Source of the DNA: Escherichia coli
GTDB lineage: Bacteria; Pseudomonadota; Gammaproteobacteria; Enterobacterales; Enterobacteriaceae
DNA length: 64,000 nt
Strand: one strand, 5' to 3'
Assembly (NCBI RefSeq): GCF_003334305.1
Contig: NZ_QOWS01000007.1
The notes under the pieces were generated by a model, which saw only the letters and a list, made by a program, of their open reading frames with translations, did no database searches and had not been told where the DNA came from. Both the position numbers and the translations under genes were made by a program. Position 1 is the stretch's first letter, and each line of letters opens with the position of its first letter. Positions 33,075 through 43,532 of the stretch are shown here, piece after piece.

Positions 33075-34109
33075 TTACTTGCTAAACGCAGCCTGGAAGA
33101 CAGCTACCAGCGCGTCGTTCTGACTCTGAGTCAGAGTATGACCTTTCGGATCGATGAACTGTAGGCTGCTGCGGTTATCTAAATCGCCAACCTGCAGTTT
33201 ATAGTCACCGGATGCTAGGCCTGGATCGCTCGCGCCCAGTTCCTGCCAGTCGCTGTCAGACAGCGGCTTATAAGTTACGGCCATGTTGCCCTGCGAACGG
33301 GTGCTGTCGGTCACTTTCATGCCCACTTTTTCCAGCGCCGCTGGCAGACGTTGCCAAACCACATTGAACGGCCCGCGTACGACCAGCATTGGTAAACCGG
33401 TGTCATCAGCTGCACTTTGTACGTCCATAGTGGTGGAGGCACGATTTTGCGCAGCGTTCGCGGCGTCAGTGGCAGATTTATCCAGACCGGCGGAAATAAC
33501 GTTCATCATCTCCGTGCTGTAACGCTGCATGGAAGCCGCGTCTGCAACCGGTTTGCCCGCCTGTTCCAGGTTCAGCAGTTTAACCGTAACCGCCTGCTGA
33601 TAACCCTGCGGCTTAACAGAGATTTGATAACGACCACGATACTGCTCGTCTTCGTCCAGACGGTTCCATTGTACCCAATCGGTGGTCAGTGTCTGACCAG
33701 CATCATCACGTTGGGTGATGGTGTAGTTTTTCGCCTGCAGCACGCTAACCACCTGCGGCCACAGAGTATTGCCACGACCATTTTCCACCAGCAATGAAGC
33801 GGTATCGCCCGTGAACTGGGTACGCGCGCCAGAAACCAGTGCCAGCGGCTGGGCTGGTGGACGAATGTCCAGCGCCTTACCGACAGCACCACTACCGTTG
33901 GTCACCGGGATTGCATAATCACCGGAGGTCACCGGCAAAATCATTCCAGCCGGGGCATGAAGCTCCGCAAGCGGTGCCGCTTCCAGGTAGGCTTCATCAC
34001 CACTGACCTGACGCTTATAGCGTGAGTCAGAACTACAGGCAGCGAGTAATAAAACAAGCGAAACACCCGCAACCTTTGCCAGGCGCGACTTTTGAACAGA
34101 GTAAGCCAT
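33075..34109 (-). CDS. bamC: Outer-membrane assembly lipoprotein BamC
   Basis: 344 aa from the second Met; lipobox LLLAAC, recognised BamC/NlpB. Confidence 0.92.
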
Positions 34110-34125
34110 CAAATCTCCCTAAACT

Positions 34126-35004
34126 TTACAGCAAACCGGCATGCTTAAGCGCCGCTCTGACCGTCTCACGACCACTGTCGGTGATTGGTGTCATTGGCAG
34201 GCGCAGCGTATCGGTCGCCACAAGACCCAGTTCCTTACATGCCCATTTCACCGGGATTGGATTGGGTTCGACAAATAGTTTGTTGTGTAATGGCATCAGA
34301 CGCTGATTAATAACGCGTGCCTCGGCAAAATGCCCTTCTGCTGCCAGTTTGCACATCTGGGCCATATCACGCGCTGCGACGTTAGCCGTAACGGAAATAA
34401 CCCCATGACCGCCCAATTGCATGAAGTCCAGCGCGCTCGCATCATCGCCGCTCAGCAGAACAAAATCATCTGAAACCAGCTCTTTGATCTGGTTTACACG
34501 CGTTAAGTTCCCTGTTGCCTCTTTGATTCCGATAATATTTTTTACTTTCGCCAGACGGCCCACCGTTTCCGGGAGCAGATCGCAGCCAGTACGGGACGGC
34601 ACATTATACAGAATTTGCGGCAGGTCAGTATGCTCAGCGATGGCTTTGAAATGCTGATACAAACCTTCTTGCGACGGACGATTGTAGTAAGGGGTTACCG
34701 TCAGGCAGCCGACGATACCACTGTCATTGAAGCGCTGCGTCAGGCTAATGGCTTCCGCAGTAGCGTTAGCGCCGGTCCCGGCAATTACCGGAATGCGCCC
34801 ATCAGCCAGCTCCAGCGTCATCATCACCACATCAGCATGTTCGTCATGATTTAAGGTAGCGGACTCGCCAGTGGTGCCAACAGAAACGATCGCCGAAGTA
34901 CCGCTGGCGACATGATAATCAATCAGTTTTTTCAAGCTAGCCCGACAGACATTACCTTTTTCATCCATCGGAGTAACAATCGCGACAATACTTCCCGTGA
35001 ACAT
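34126..35004 (-). CDS. dapA: 4-hydroxy-tetrahydrodipicolinate synthase DapA
   Basis: Track ORF is 298 aa; start chosen at [17 protein letters not shown] (292 aa). Confidence 0.93.
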   Translation of the reverse strand: MFTGSIVAIVTPMDEKGNVCRASLKKLIDYHVASGTSAIVSVGTTGESATLNHDEHADVVMMTLELADGRIPVIAGTGANATAEAISLTQRFNDSGIVGCLTVTPYYNRPSQEGLYQHFKAIAEHTDLPQILYNVPSRTGCDLLPETVGRLAKVKNIIGIKEATGNLTRVNQIKELVSDDFVLLSGDDASALDFMQLGGHGVISVTANVAARDMAQMCKLAAEGHFAEARVINQRLMPLHNKLFVEPNPIPVKWACKELGLVATDTLRLPMTPITDSGRETVRAALKHAGLL

Positions 35005-35149
35005 GGGCCATCCTCTGTGCAAACAAGTGTCTCAATGGTACGTTTGGTATGGCATTAAAAGCAAGCAGACAGAACCGTTCTGATTGTTGTATGCATGTTT
35101 TTTTTATGCTTTCCTTAAGAACAACTCACCCCTTAAAGGAATAACCAGT

Positions 35150-35722
35150 TTGACACTGTCATCGCAACATTATCTGGTGATCACTGCGTTGGGTGCCGAT
35201 CGCCCTGGAATTGTGAACACCATCACCCGTCATGTCAGTAGTTGCGGCTGTAATATTGAAGACAGTCGCCTGGCGATGCTGGGAGAAGAGTTCACGTTTA
35301 TTATGCTGCTTTCCGGTTCATGGAATGCCATTACTCTGATTGAATCAACGTTACCGTTGAAAGGTGCCGAACTGGATCTTTTAATCGTGATGAAGCGCAC
35401 GACGGCGCGTCCGCGTCCGCCAATGCCAGCATCTGTCTGGGTTCAGGTCGATGTGGCAGACTCCCCGCATTTAATTGAACGCTTCACAGCACTTTTCGAC
35501 GCGCATCATATGAACATTGCGGAGCTGGTGTCGCGCACGCAACCTGCTGAAAATGAACGGGCTGCGCAGTTGCATATTCAGATAACCGCCCACAGCCCCG
35601 CATCTGCGGACGCAGCAAATATTGAGCAAGCGTTCAAAGCCCTATGTACAGAACTCAATGCACAAGGCAGTATTAACGTCGTCAATTATTCCCAACATGA
35701 TGAACAGGATGGAGTTAAGTAA
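35150..35722 (+). CDS. gcvR: Glycine cleavage system transcriptional repressor GcvR
   Basis: Track ORF starts at TTG 35084; start chosen at in-frame TTG 35150 (MTLSSQHYLVITALGADRPG, 190 aa) with SD aagga upstream; ACT-domain protein. Confidence 0.82.
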   Translation: MTLSSQHYLVITALGADRPGIVNTITRHVSSCGCNIEDSRLAMLGEEFTFIMLLSGSWNAITLIESTLPLKGAELDLLIVMKRTTARPRPPMPASVWVQVDVADSPHLIERFTALFDAHHMNIAELVSRTQPAENERAAQLHIQITAHSPASADAANIEQAFKALCTELNAQGSINVVNYSQHDEQDGVK

Positions 35723-36192
35723 TGAATCCACTGAAAGCCGGTGATATCGCACCGAAATTTAGCTTGCCGGATCAAGACGGAGAACAAGTTAATTTGACCG
35801 ACTTCCAGGGACAGCGTGTTCTGGTTTATTTCTACCCGAAAGCCATGACCCCCGGCTGTACCGTACAGGCCTGCGGCTTACGCGATAACATGGATGAGTT
35901 GAAAAAAGCGGGCGTTGATGTGCTGGGTATCAGCACCGATAAACCCGAAAAACTCTCCCGTTTTGCGGAAAAAGAGCTGCTTAACTTTACGCTCCTGTCT
36001 GATGAGGACCACCAGGTGTGCGAACAATTCGGCGTCTGGGGTGAAAAGTCCTTCATGGGCAAAACCTACGATGGCATTCATCGCATCAGCTTCCTGATTG
36101 ACGCTGATGGCAAAATCGAACATGTCTTTGACGATTTCAAAACCAGCAATCACCACGACGTTGTGCTGAACTGGCTGAAAGAACACGCCTGA
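35722..36192 (+). CDS. bcp: Thiol peroxidase Bcp (peroxiredoxin)
   Basis: 156-aa ORF, recognised Bcp; start overlaps the gcvR stop. Confidence 0.93.
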   Translation: MNPLKAGDIAPKFSLPDQDGEQVNLTDFQGQRVLVYFYPKAMTPGCTVQACGLRDNMDELKKAGVDVLGISTDKPEKLSRFAEKELLNFTLLSDEDHQVCEQFGVWGEKSFMGKTYDGIHRISFLIDADGKIEHVFDDFKTSNHHDVVLNWLKEHA

Positions 36193-36387
36193 TTACTTTG
36201 CTCCATTCCGTGCTGGCTGCGCTTGCGGCCAGCATACCTCACTTCTCGTGATCAAGATCACATTCTCGCTTTCCCCTGCGACACGGGTGTCGAATCCATT
36301 TTTTGCTGAACGTTAATGACCATCATTTTTGTACCGTTCAGAATCCAGTCAATACATAACTTATTGAATATATTGAGTTAATCAGAA

Positions 36388-36403
36388 TGGCATCCTTTAT
36401 GCA
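36388..36403 (+). promoter_or_regulatory. Sigma54 (-24/-12) promoter of the hyf operon
   Basis: TGGCATcctttaTGCA has the GG-N10-GC spacing of the TGGCAC-N5-TTGCA consensus, about 40 bp upstream of the hyfA ATG; the sigma54 activator hyfR lies in the same operon. Confidence 0.55.
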
Positions 36404-36444
36404 ATATGAAATGCAATGTTTCATATCATTTTCAAGGAGCCGAC

Positions 36445-37062
36445 ATGAACCGCTTTGTGGTGGCCGAACCACTGTGGTGTACAGGATGTAATACCTGTCT
36501 CGCTGCCTGTTCGGACGTGCATAAAACGCAAGGTTTACAGCAACACCCGCGCCTGGCCCTGGCGAAGACGTCAACACTCACTGCCCCTGTCGTGTGTCAT
36601 CACTGTGAGGAAGCCCCTTGCCTGCAGGTCTGCCCGGTTAATGCCATCTCCCAGAGGGATGATGCGATCCAACTCAACGAAAGCCTCTGTATTGGCTGCA
36701 AGCTTTGCGCCGTGGTCTGCCCATTTGGCGCAATCAGCGCTTCAGGAAGCCGTCCGGTGAATGCCCCTGCGCAATATGTTTTTCAGGCTGAAGGCTCACT
36801 CAAAGACGGCGAAGAAAACGTGCCGCCCCAACATGCATTGCTGCGCTGGGAACCGGGTGTCCAGACCGTCGCGGTGAAATGCGACCTGTGTGATTTCTTG
36901 CCAGAAGGTCCGGCCTGCGTTCGCGCTTGCCCGAATCAGGCGTTACGGCTGATCACCGACGATAGCCTGCAACGACAGATGAAAGAAAAACAGCGCCTTG
37001 CCGCAAGCTGGTTTGCCAATGGCGGGGAGGATCCCCTTTCCCTCACTCAGGAGCAACGCTAA
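36445..37062 (+). CDS. hyfA: Hydrogenase-4 ferredoxin-type subunit HyfA
   Basis: Track ORF is 218 aa; start chosen at MNRFVVAEPLWCTGCNTC (205 aa); multiple 4Fe-4S Cys motifs. Confidence 0.9.
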   Translation: MNRFVVAEPLWCTGCNTCLAACSDVHKTQGLQQHPRLALAKTSTLTAPVVCHHCEEAPCLQVCPVNAISQRDDAIQLNESLCIGCKLCAVVCPFGAISASGSRPVNAPAQYVFQAEGSLKDGEENVPPQHALLRWEPGVQTVAVKCDLCDFLPEGPACVRACPNQALRLITDDSLQRQMKEKQRLAASWFANGGEDPLSLTQEQR

Positions 37063-39080
37063 TGGATGCCCTGCAATTATTAACCTGGTCGCTGATCCTC
37101 TATCTGTTTGCCAGTCTGGCTTCGCTGTTTTTACTCGGTCTGGACAGACTGGCTATTAAGCTTTCCGGCATCACATCGCTGGTGGGCGGCGTGATTGGCA
37201 TCATCAGCGGAATTACGCAATTACATGCTGGTGTAACTTTAGTCGCCCGTTTTGCCACCCCTTTTGACTTTGCCGATTTTACCCTGCGAATGGATAGCCT
37301 CTCGGCATTTATGGTGCTGGTTATCTCCTTGCTGGTGGTGGTTTGTTCGCTCTATTCATTGACTTATATGCGCGAATACGAGGGCAAAGGCGCGGCGGCG
37401 ATGGGCTTCTTTATGAATCTTTTCATCGCATCGATGGTTGCCCTGCTGGTGATGGACAACGCTTTTTGGTTCATCGTGCTGTTTGAAATGATGTCGCTGT
37501 CTTCCTGGTTTCTGGTCATTGCCAGGCAGGATAAAACGTCGATCAACGCTGGCATGCTCTACTTTTTTATCGCCCACGCCGGATCGGTGCTGATTATGAT
37601 CGCCTTCTTGCTGATGGGGCGCGAAAGCGGCAGCCTCGATTTTGCCAGTTTCCGCACGCTTTCACTTTCTCCGGGGCTGGCGTCGGCGGTGTTCCTGCTG
37701 GCCTTTTTCGGTTTTGGCGCGAAAGCCGGGATGATGCCGTTGCACAGCTGGTTGCCGCGCGCTCACCCTGCCGCACCATCGCACGCTTCGGCGTTGATGT
37801 CTGGCGTAATGGTCAAAATCGGTATTTTCGGCATCCTGAAAGTAGCGATGGACCTGCTGGCGCAAACGGGTTTGCCGCTGTGGTGGGGCATTCTGGTGAT
37901 GGCGATCGGCGCAATCTCCGCGCTCCTGGGCGTGCTGTATGCGCTGGCGGAACAGGATATCAAACGGCTGCTGGCCTGGAGTACCGTCGAAAACGTCGGC
38001 ATTATTTTGCTGGCAGTCGGTGTGGCGATGGTCGGTCTGTCACTGCACGACCCGCTGCTCACCGTGGTTGGACTGCTCGGCGCACTGTTTCATCTGCTCA
38101 ACCATGCGCTGTTCAAAGGGCTGCTATTTCTCGGCGCGGGCGCGATTATTTCGCGTTTGCATACCCACGACATGGAAAAAATGGGGGCACTGGCGAAACG
38201 GATGCCGTGGACAGCCGCAGCATGCCTGATTGGTTGCCTCGCGATATCAGCCATTCCTCCGCTGAATGGTTTTATCAGCGAATGGTACACCTGGCAGTCG
38301 CTGTTCTCACTAAGTCGTGTGGAAGCCGTAGCGCTACAACTTGCGGGTCCTATTGCTATGGTAATGCTGGCAGTCACTGGTGGGCTGGCAGTAATGTGCT
38401 TCGTAAAAATGTACGGTATTACTTTCTGTGGTGCGCCGCGCAGTACACACGCTGAAGAGGCACAGGAAGTGCCAAATACGATGATCGTCGCCATGCTACT
38501 GCTCGCGGCACTCTGCGTATTAATTGCGCTTAGTGCCAGTTGGCTGGCACCGAAGATAATGCATATTGCCCATGCGTTTACCAATACCCCTCCCGTCACT
38601 GTCGCCAGCGGAATAGCACTTGTACCCGGCACGTTTCATACACAGGTCACCCCCTCATTACTGTTGCTGTTACTACTGGCGATGCCTTTGCTGCCTGGCC
38701 TTTACTGGCTGTGGTGTCGTTCGCGCCGCGCAGCGTTTCGTCGCACAGGAGATGCCTGGGCATGCGGCTACGGCTGGGAAAATGCGATGGCCCCGTCAGG
38801 CAATGGCGTGATGCAGCCGCTGCGTGTGGTCTTCTCTGCGTTATTTCGTCTACGACAACAGCTCGACCCTACGCTGAGGCTAAATAAAGGTTTTGCGCAC
38901 GTCACCGCCAGGGCTCAGAGCACAGAACCCTTCTGGGATGAGCGGGTGATCCGCCCCATCGTGAGCGCCACCCAACGGCTGGCCAAAGAAATACAGCATC
39001 TGCAAAGCGGCGACTTTCGTCTCTATTGCCTGTATGTGGTCGCCGCACTGGTTGTGCTGCTAATCGCTATTGCCGTCTAA
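37062..39080 (+). CDS. hyfB: Hydrogenase-4 membrane subunit HyfB (NuoL/M/N antiporter-like)
   Basis: 672-aa polytopic ORF with WLPxAH...KRLLAWSTVEN motifs. Confidence 0.92.
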   Translation: MDALQLLTWSLILYLFASLASLFLLGLDRLAIKLSGITSLVGGVIGIISGITQLHAGVTLVARFATPFDFADFTLRMDSLSAFMVLVISLLVVVCSLYSLTYMREYEGKGAAAMGFFMNLFIASMVALLVMDNAFWFIVLFEMMSLSSWFLVIARQDKTSINAGMLYFFIAHAGSVLIMIAFLLMGRESGSLDFASFRTLSLSPGLASAVFLLAFFGFGAKAGMMPLHSWLPRAHPAAPSHASALMSGVMVKIGIFGILKVAMDLLAQTGLPLWWGILVMAIGAISALLGVLYALAEQDIKRLLAWSTVENVGIILLAVGVAMVGLSLHDPLLTVVGLLGALFHLLNHALFKGLLFLGAGAIISRLHTHDMEKMGALAKRMPWTAAACLIGCLAISAIPPLNGFISEWYTWQSLFSLSRVEAVALQLAGPIAMVMLAVTGGLAVMCFVKMYGITFCGAPRSTHAEEAQEVPNTMIVAMLLLAALCVLIALSASWLAPKIMHIAHAFTNTPPVTVASGIALVPGTFHTQVTPSLLLLLLLAMPLLPGLYWLWCRSRRAAFRRTGDAWACGYGWENAMAPSGNGVMQPLRVVFSALFRLRQQLDPTLRLNKGFAHVTARAQSTEPFWDERVIRPIVSATQRLAKEIQHLQSGDFRLYCLYVVAALVVLLIAIAV

Positions 39081-39090
39081 GGAAATCACC

Positions 39091-40038
39091 ATGAGACAAA
39101 CTCTTTGCGACGGATATCTGGTTATTTTTGCGTTAGCACAGGCCGTGATTCTGCTGATGCTAACCCCACTTTTTACGGGTATTTCCCGGCAGATACGCGC
39201 GCGTATGCACTCCCGCCGCGGGCCGGGGATCTGGCAGGATTATCGCGATATCCACAAACTGTTTAAACGCCAGGAAGTTGCGCCGACATCTTCAGGTCTG
39301 ATGTTCCGCCTGATGCCGTGGGTATTAATCAGCAGCATGCTGGTGCTGGCGATGGCCTTACCACTGTTTATTACCGTTTCCCCTTTTGCGGGCGGCGGCG
39401 ATCTGATCACCCTTATCTATCTTCTTGCCCTGTTTCGTTTTTTCTTTGCTCTTTCCGGGCTGGATACCGGAAGTCCGTTTGCGGGAGTCGGTGCCAGTCG
39501 CGAGTTGACGCTCGGCATTCTGGTCGAACCAATGCTTATTCTCTCACTGCTGGTATTGGCGCTGATAGCAGGTTCCACGCATATCGAGATGATCAGCAAT
39601 ACGCTGGCGATGGGCTGGAACTCGCCGCTAACCACCGTACTGGCGTTACTGGCCTGTGGTTTTGCCTGCTTCATTGAGATGGGAAAAATTCCCTTTGATG
39701 TTGCTGAAGCAGAACAGGAATTACAGGAAGGCCCGCTGACCGAATATTCCGGTGCCGGGCTGGCGCTAGCGAAATGGGGGCTGGGGCTGAAACAGGTCGT
39801 GATGGCATCACTGTTTGTGGCCCTGTTTCTGTCCTTTGGGCGCGCGCAAGAACTTTCTCTCGCCTGCCTGCTGACTTCACTTGTCGTTACGCTGCTCAAG
39901 GTTTTGCTGATTTTTGTACTGGCCTCAATCGCGGAAAACACGCTGGCACGCGGGCGTTTTTTACTCATTCACCATGTGACCTGGCTTGGCTTCAGCCTTG
40001 CTGCGCTTGCATGGGTCTTCTGGTTAACCGGTCTGTAA
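39091..40038 (+). CDS. hyfC: Hydrogenase-4 membrane subunit HyfC (NuoH-like)
   Basis: Track ORF is 322 aa; start chosen at MRQTLCDGYLVIFALAQ (315 aa). Confidence 0.9.
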   Translation: MRQTLCDGYLVIFALAQAVILLMLTPLFTGISRQIRARMHSRRGPGIWQDYRDIHKLFKRQEVAPTSSGLMFRLMPWVLISSMLVLAMALPLFITVSPFAGGGDLITLIYLLALFRFFFALSGLDTGSPFAGVGASRELTLGILVEPMLILSLLVLALIAGSTHIEMISNTLAMGWNSPLTTVLALLACGFACFIEMGKIPFDVAEAEQELQEGPLTEYSGAGLALAKWGLGLKQVVMASLFVALFLSFGRAQELSLACLLTSLVVTLLKVLLIFVLASIAENTLARGRFLLIHHVTWLGFSLAALAWVFWLTGL

Positions 40039-40054
40039 GGAGCACTGACGGAAT

Positions 40055-41285
40055 ATGGAAAATCTTGCTCTGACGACGTTAATGCTGCCTTTTATCGGCG
40101 CACTGGTCGTTTCGTTTTCGCCACAACGTCGGGCCGCCGAATGGGGGTTTTGTTCGCCGCACTGACCACGCTGTGCATGTTGTCGCTGATCTCCGCGTTT
40201 TATCAGGCCGATAAAGTTGCCGTCACGTTGACGTTGGTCAACGTGGGGGATGTGGCATTGTTTGGCCTGGTCATTGATCGCGTGAGTACGCTGATTCTGT
40301 TTGTGGTGGTGTTTCTCGGTTTGCTGGTCACGATCTACTCCACGGGTTATCTGACGGATAAAAATCGCGAACACCCGCATAACGGCACGAATCGTTATTA
40401 CGCATTTTTGCTGGTGTTTATCGGCGCGATGGCGGGACTGGTACTCTCCTCGACGCTGCTCGGTCAGTTGTTGTTTTTTGAAATTACGGGCGGCTGCTCC
40501 TGGGCGTTGATCAGTTATTACCAGAGCGATAAAGCGCAGCGTTCAGCACTAAAAGCGTTGCTTATCACCCATATCGGTTCGTTGGGGTTGTATCTTGCCG
40601 CCGCCACGCTGTTTTTGCAGACCGGAACGTTTGTGCTTAGCGCGATGAGCGAGTTACATGGCGACGCACGTTATCTGGTTTATGGCGGCATCCTGTTTGC
40701 CGCGTGGGGGAAATCGGCCCAGCTACCGATGCAAGCGTGGCTACCGGACGCAATGGAAGCGCCAACACCGATCAGCGCCTATCTCCACGCCGCATCGATG
40801 GTGAAAGTGGGCGGCTGGCACTGGAGGGCAGCATCGCCTACATCGTCAACCACGCGTTCGCTAAAAGCCTGTTTTTCCTTGTAGCAGGTGCGCTGAGTTA
40901 CAGCTGCGGCACGCGCTTATTGCCGCGTCTGCGTGGCGTATTGCACACCCTGCCGTTGCCAGGCGTGGGTTTCTGCGTGGCAGCGCTGGCGATTACCGGT
41001 GTGCCGCCGTTCAACGGCTTCTTCAGTAAATTCCCGCTGTTTGCCGCCGGTTTTGCGTTGTCAGTGGAGTACTGGATCCTGCTGCCCGCCATGATTCTGC
41101 TGATGATTGAATCGGTCGCCAGTTTCGCCTGGTTTATTCGCTGGTTTGGTCGCGTTGTGCCTGGCAAACCGAGCGAGGCCGTCGCCGATGCCGCACCGCT
41201 GCCAGGGTCAATGCGCCTGGTGTTGATTGTACTGATTGTGATGTCGCTGATTTCCAGCGTAATCGCCGCGACCTGGTTGCAGTAA
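40055..41285 (+). pseudogene. hyfD: hyfD, hydrogenase-4 NuoL/M/N-like membrane subunit, disrupted by frameshift plus internal deletion
   Basis: Reading frame opens at ATG 40055 (MENLALTTLMLPFIGALVVSFSPQRRAAEW), hits a stop after 36 codons, resumes in another frame (track ORF 40141..40884) and again in a third frame (40704..41285); the conserved D-x-KRLLA-x-S motif present in hyfB and hyfF is absent; total span 1231 nt against about 1440 nt recalled for intact hyfD. Confidence 0.75.
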
Positions 41286-41296
41286 GGAGATGATGA

Positions 41297-41947
41297 ATGA
41301 CCGGTTCTATGATCGTAAATAATCTGGCGGGACTGATGATGCTGACATCGCTGTTTGTGATTAGCGTCAAAAGCTATCGCCTGTCATGCGGATTTTACGC
41401 CTGCCAGTCGCTGGTGCTGGTGTCTATTTTCGCCACTCTCTCGTGCCTGTTCGCCGCAGAGCAACTGCTGATCTGGTCCGCCAGCGCCTTTATCACCAAA
41501 GTGCTGCTGGTACCGTTAATCATGACTTACGCTGCACGAAATATTCCCCAGAACATCCCGGAAAAAGCGTTATTCGGTCCGGCAATGATGGCACTGCTCG
41601 CGGCGTTAATTGTCCTGCTTTGCGCATTTGTCGTTCAGCCCGTGAAGCTACCGATGGCTACCGGGCTGAAACCGGCGCTGGCGGTAGCGTTAGGTCATTT
41701 TCTGCTTGGCCTGCTGTGCATTGTCAGCCAGCGCAATATCCTGCGGCAAATTTTTGGTTACTGCCTGATGGAAAACGGCTCCCATCTGGTGCTGGCGCTT
41801 CTTGCCTGGCGAGCACCGGAACTGGTGGAAATAGGTATCGCTACCGACGCCATCTTCGCCGTCATTGTGATGGTGTTACTGGCAAGAAAAATATGGCGTA
41901 CCCACGGCACGCTGGACGTGAACAACTTGACCGCGCTGAAGGGATAA
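41297..41947 (+). CDS. hyfE: Hydrogenase-4 membrane subunit HyfE
   Basis: 216-aa hydrophobic ORF, recognised HyfE. Confidence 0.9.
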   Translation: MTGSMIVNNLAGLMMLTSLFVISVKSYRLSCGFYACQSLVLVSIFATLSCLFAAEQLLIWSASAFITKVLLVPLIMTYAARNIPQNIPEKALFGPAMMALLAALIVLLCAFVVQPVKLPMATGLKPALAVALGHFLLGLLCIVSQRNILRQIFGYCLMENGSHLVLALLAWRAPELVEIGIATDAIFAVIVMVLLARKIWRTHGTLDVNNLTALKG

Positions 41948-41951
41948 TGAG

Positions 41952-43532
41952 ATGAGTTATTCTGTGATGTTCGCTTTACTCCTGCTCACGCCGCTGCTTT
42001 TTTCGCTGCTCTGTTTTGCCTGCCGGAAACGGGGGCTCTCTGCGACTTGTACGGTGACTGTATTACATAGCTTAGGGATCACACTGCTGCTGATTCTGGC
42101 ACTCTGGGTGGTCCAAACTGCCGCTGATGCAGGAGAAATATTCGCTGCGGGACTGTGGCTTCATATTGATGGTCTGGGCGGTTTGTTCCTCGCCATTCTT
42201 GGTGTGATTGGCTTTCTCACCGGTGTTTACTCGATTGGCTACATGCGTCATGAAGTGGCACACGGCGAGCTTTCACCCGTTACACTGTGCGATTACTACG
42301 GTTTCTTCCATCTGTTTTTGTTCACCATGCTGCTGGTTGTTACCAGCAATAACCTGATTGTGATGTGGGCGGCGATCGAAGCCACCACCTTAAGCTCGGC
42401 GTTTCTGGTAGGCATTTACGGTCAGCGTTCATCGCTGGAATCAGCATGGAAGTACATCATTATTTGTACTGTTGGTGTCGCTTTTGGTCTGTTCGGTACC
42501 GTGCTGGTATACGCCAACGCCGCCAGCGTTATGCCGCAGGCAGAAATGGCGATATTCTGGAGCGAGGTTCTTAAGCAATCGTCCTTGCTTGACCCAACAT
42601 TAATGCTGTTGGCCTTTGTGTTTGTGCTAATTGGCTTTGGTACCAAAACCGGGCTATTTCCCATGCACGCCTGGCTGCCGGATGCTCACAGTGAAGCGCC
42701 GAGTCCGGTCAGCGCCCTGCTCTCCGCCGTATTGCTGAACTGCGCGCTGTTGGTGCTGATTCGCTATTACATCATTATTTGCCAAGCCATCGGCAGCGAT
42801 TTCCCCAACCGGTTGTTGCTCATCTTCGGCATGTTGTCGGTTGCCGTGGCGGCATTTTTCATTCTGGTACAGCGGGACATTAAGCGTCTGCTGGCGTACT
42901 CCAGCGTGGAGAACATGGGGCTGGTCGCGGTGGCGCTAGGCATTGGCGGGCCGCTGGGAATTTTTGCCGCGCTGCTGCACATCTTAAACCACAGTCTGGC
43001 AAAAACGCTGCTGTTCTGCGGTTCCGGCAATGTACTGCTCAAGTACGGCACGCGCGATCTCAACGTCGTCTGTGGGATGCTCAAAATCATGCCATTTACC
43101 GCCGTGCTGTTTGGCGGCGGTGCGCTGGCGCTGGCAGGGATGCCGCCCTACAACATTTTTCTTAGCGAATTTATGACCATTACCGCCGGACTGGCACGTA
43201 ATCACCTGCTGATTATCGTCCTGCTGTTATTGCTGTTAACGCTGGTGCTGGCGGGCCTGGTACGGATGGCAGCGCGGGTGTTAATGGCGAAACCGCCGCA
43301 GGCCGTTAACCGGGGTGATCTCGGCTGGTTGACCACCTCGCCAATGGTGATTCTGCTGGTCATGATGCTGGCGATGGGAACGCATATTCCACAACCTGTC
43401 ATCAGGATCCTGGCGGGCGCTTCCACTATAGTCCTCTCAGGGACGCACGACCTGCCTGCACAACGTAGCACCTGGCATGATTTTTTGCCTTCAGGCACCG
43501 CATCTGTTTCGGAGAAACACAGTGAACGTTAA
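41952..43532 (+). CDS. hyfF: Hydrogenase-4 membrane subunit HyfF (NuoL/M/N antiporter-like)
   Basis: 526-aa polytopic ORF with [17 protein letters not shown] and [11 protein letters not shown] motifs. Confidence 0.92.
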   Translation: MSYSVMFALLLLTPLLFSLLCFACRKRGLSATCTVTVLHSLGITLLLILALWVVQTAADAGEIFAAGLWLHIDGLGGLFLAILGVIGFLTGVYSIGYMRHEVAHGELSPVTLCDYYGFFHLFLFTMLLVVTSNNLIVMWAAIEATTLSSAFLVGIYGQRSSLESAWKYIIICTVGVAFGLFGTVLVYANAASVMPQAEMAIFWSEVLKQSSLLDPTLMLLAFVFVLIGFGTKTGLFPMHAWLPDAHSEAPSPVSALLSAVLLNCALLVLIRYYIIICQAIGSDFPNRLLLIFGMLSVAVAAFFILVQRDIKRLLAYSSVENMGLVAVALGIGGPLGIFAALLHILNHSLAKTLLFCGSGNVLLKYGTRDLNVVCGMLKIMPFTAVLFGGGALALAGMPPYNIFLSEFMTITAGLARNHLLIIVLLLLLLTLVLAGLVRMAARVLMAKPPQAVNRGDLGWLTTSPMVILLVMMLAMGTHIPQPVIRILAGASTIVLSGTHDLPAQRSTWHDFLPSGTASVSEKHSER

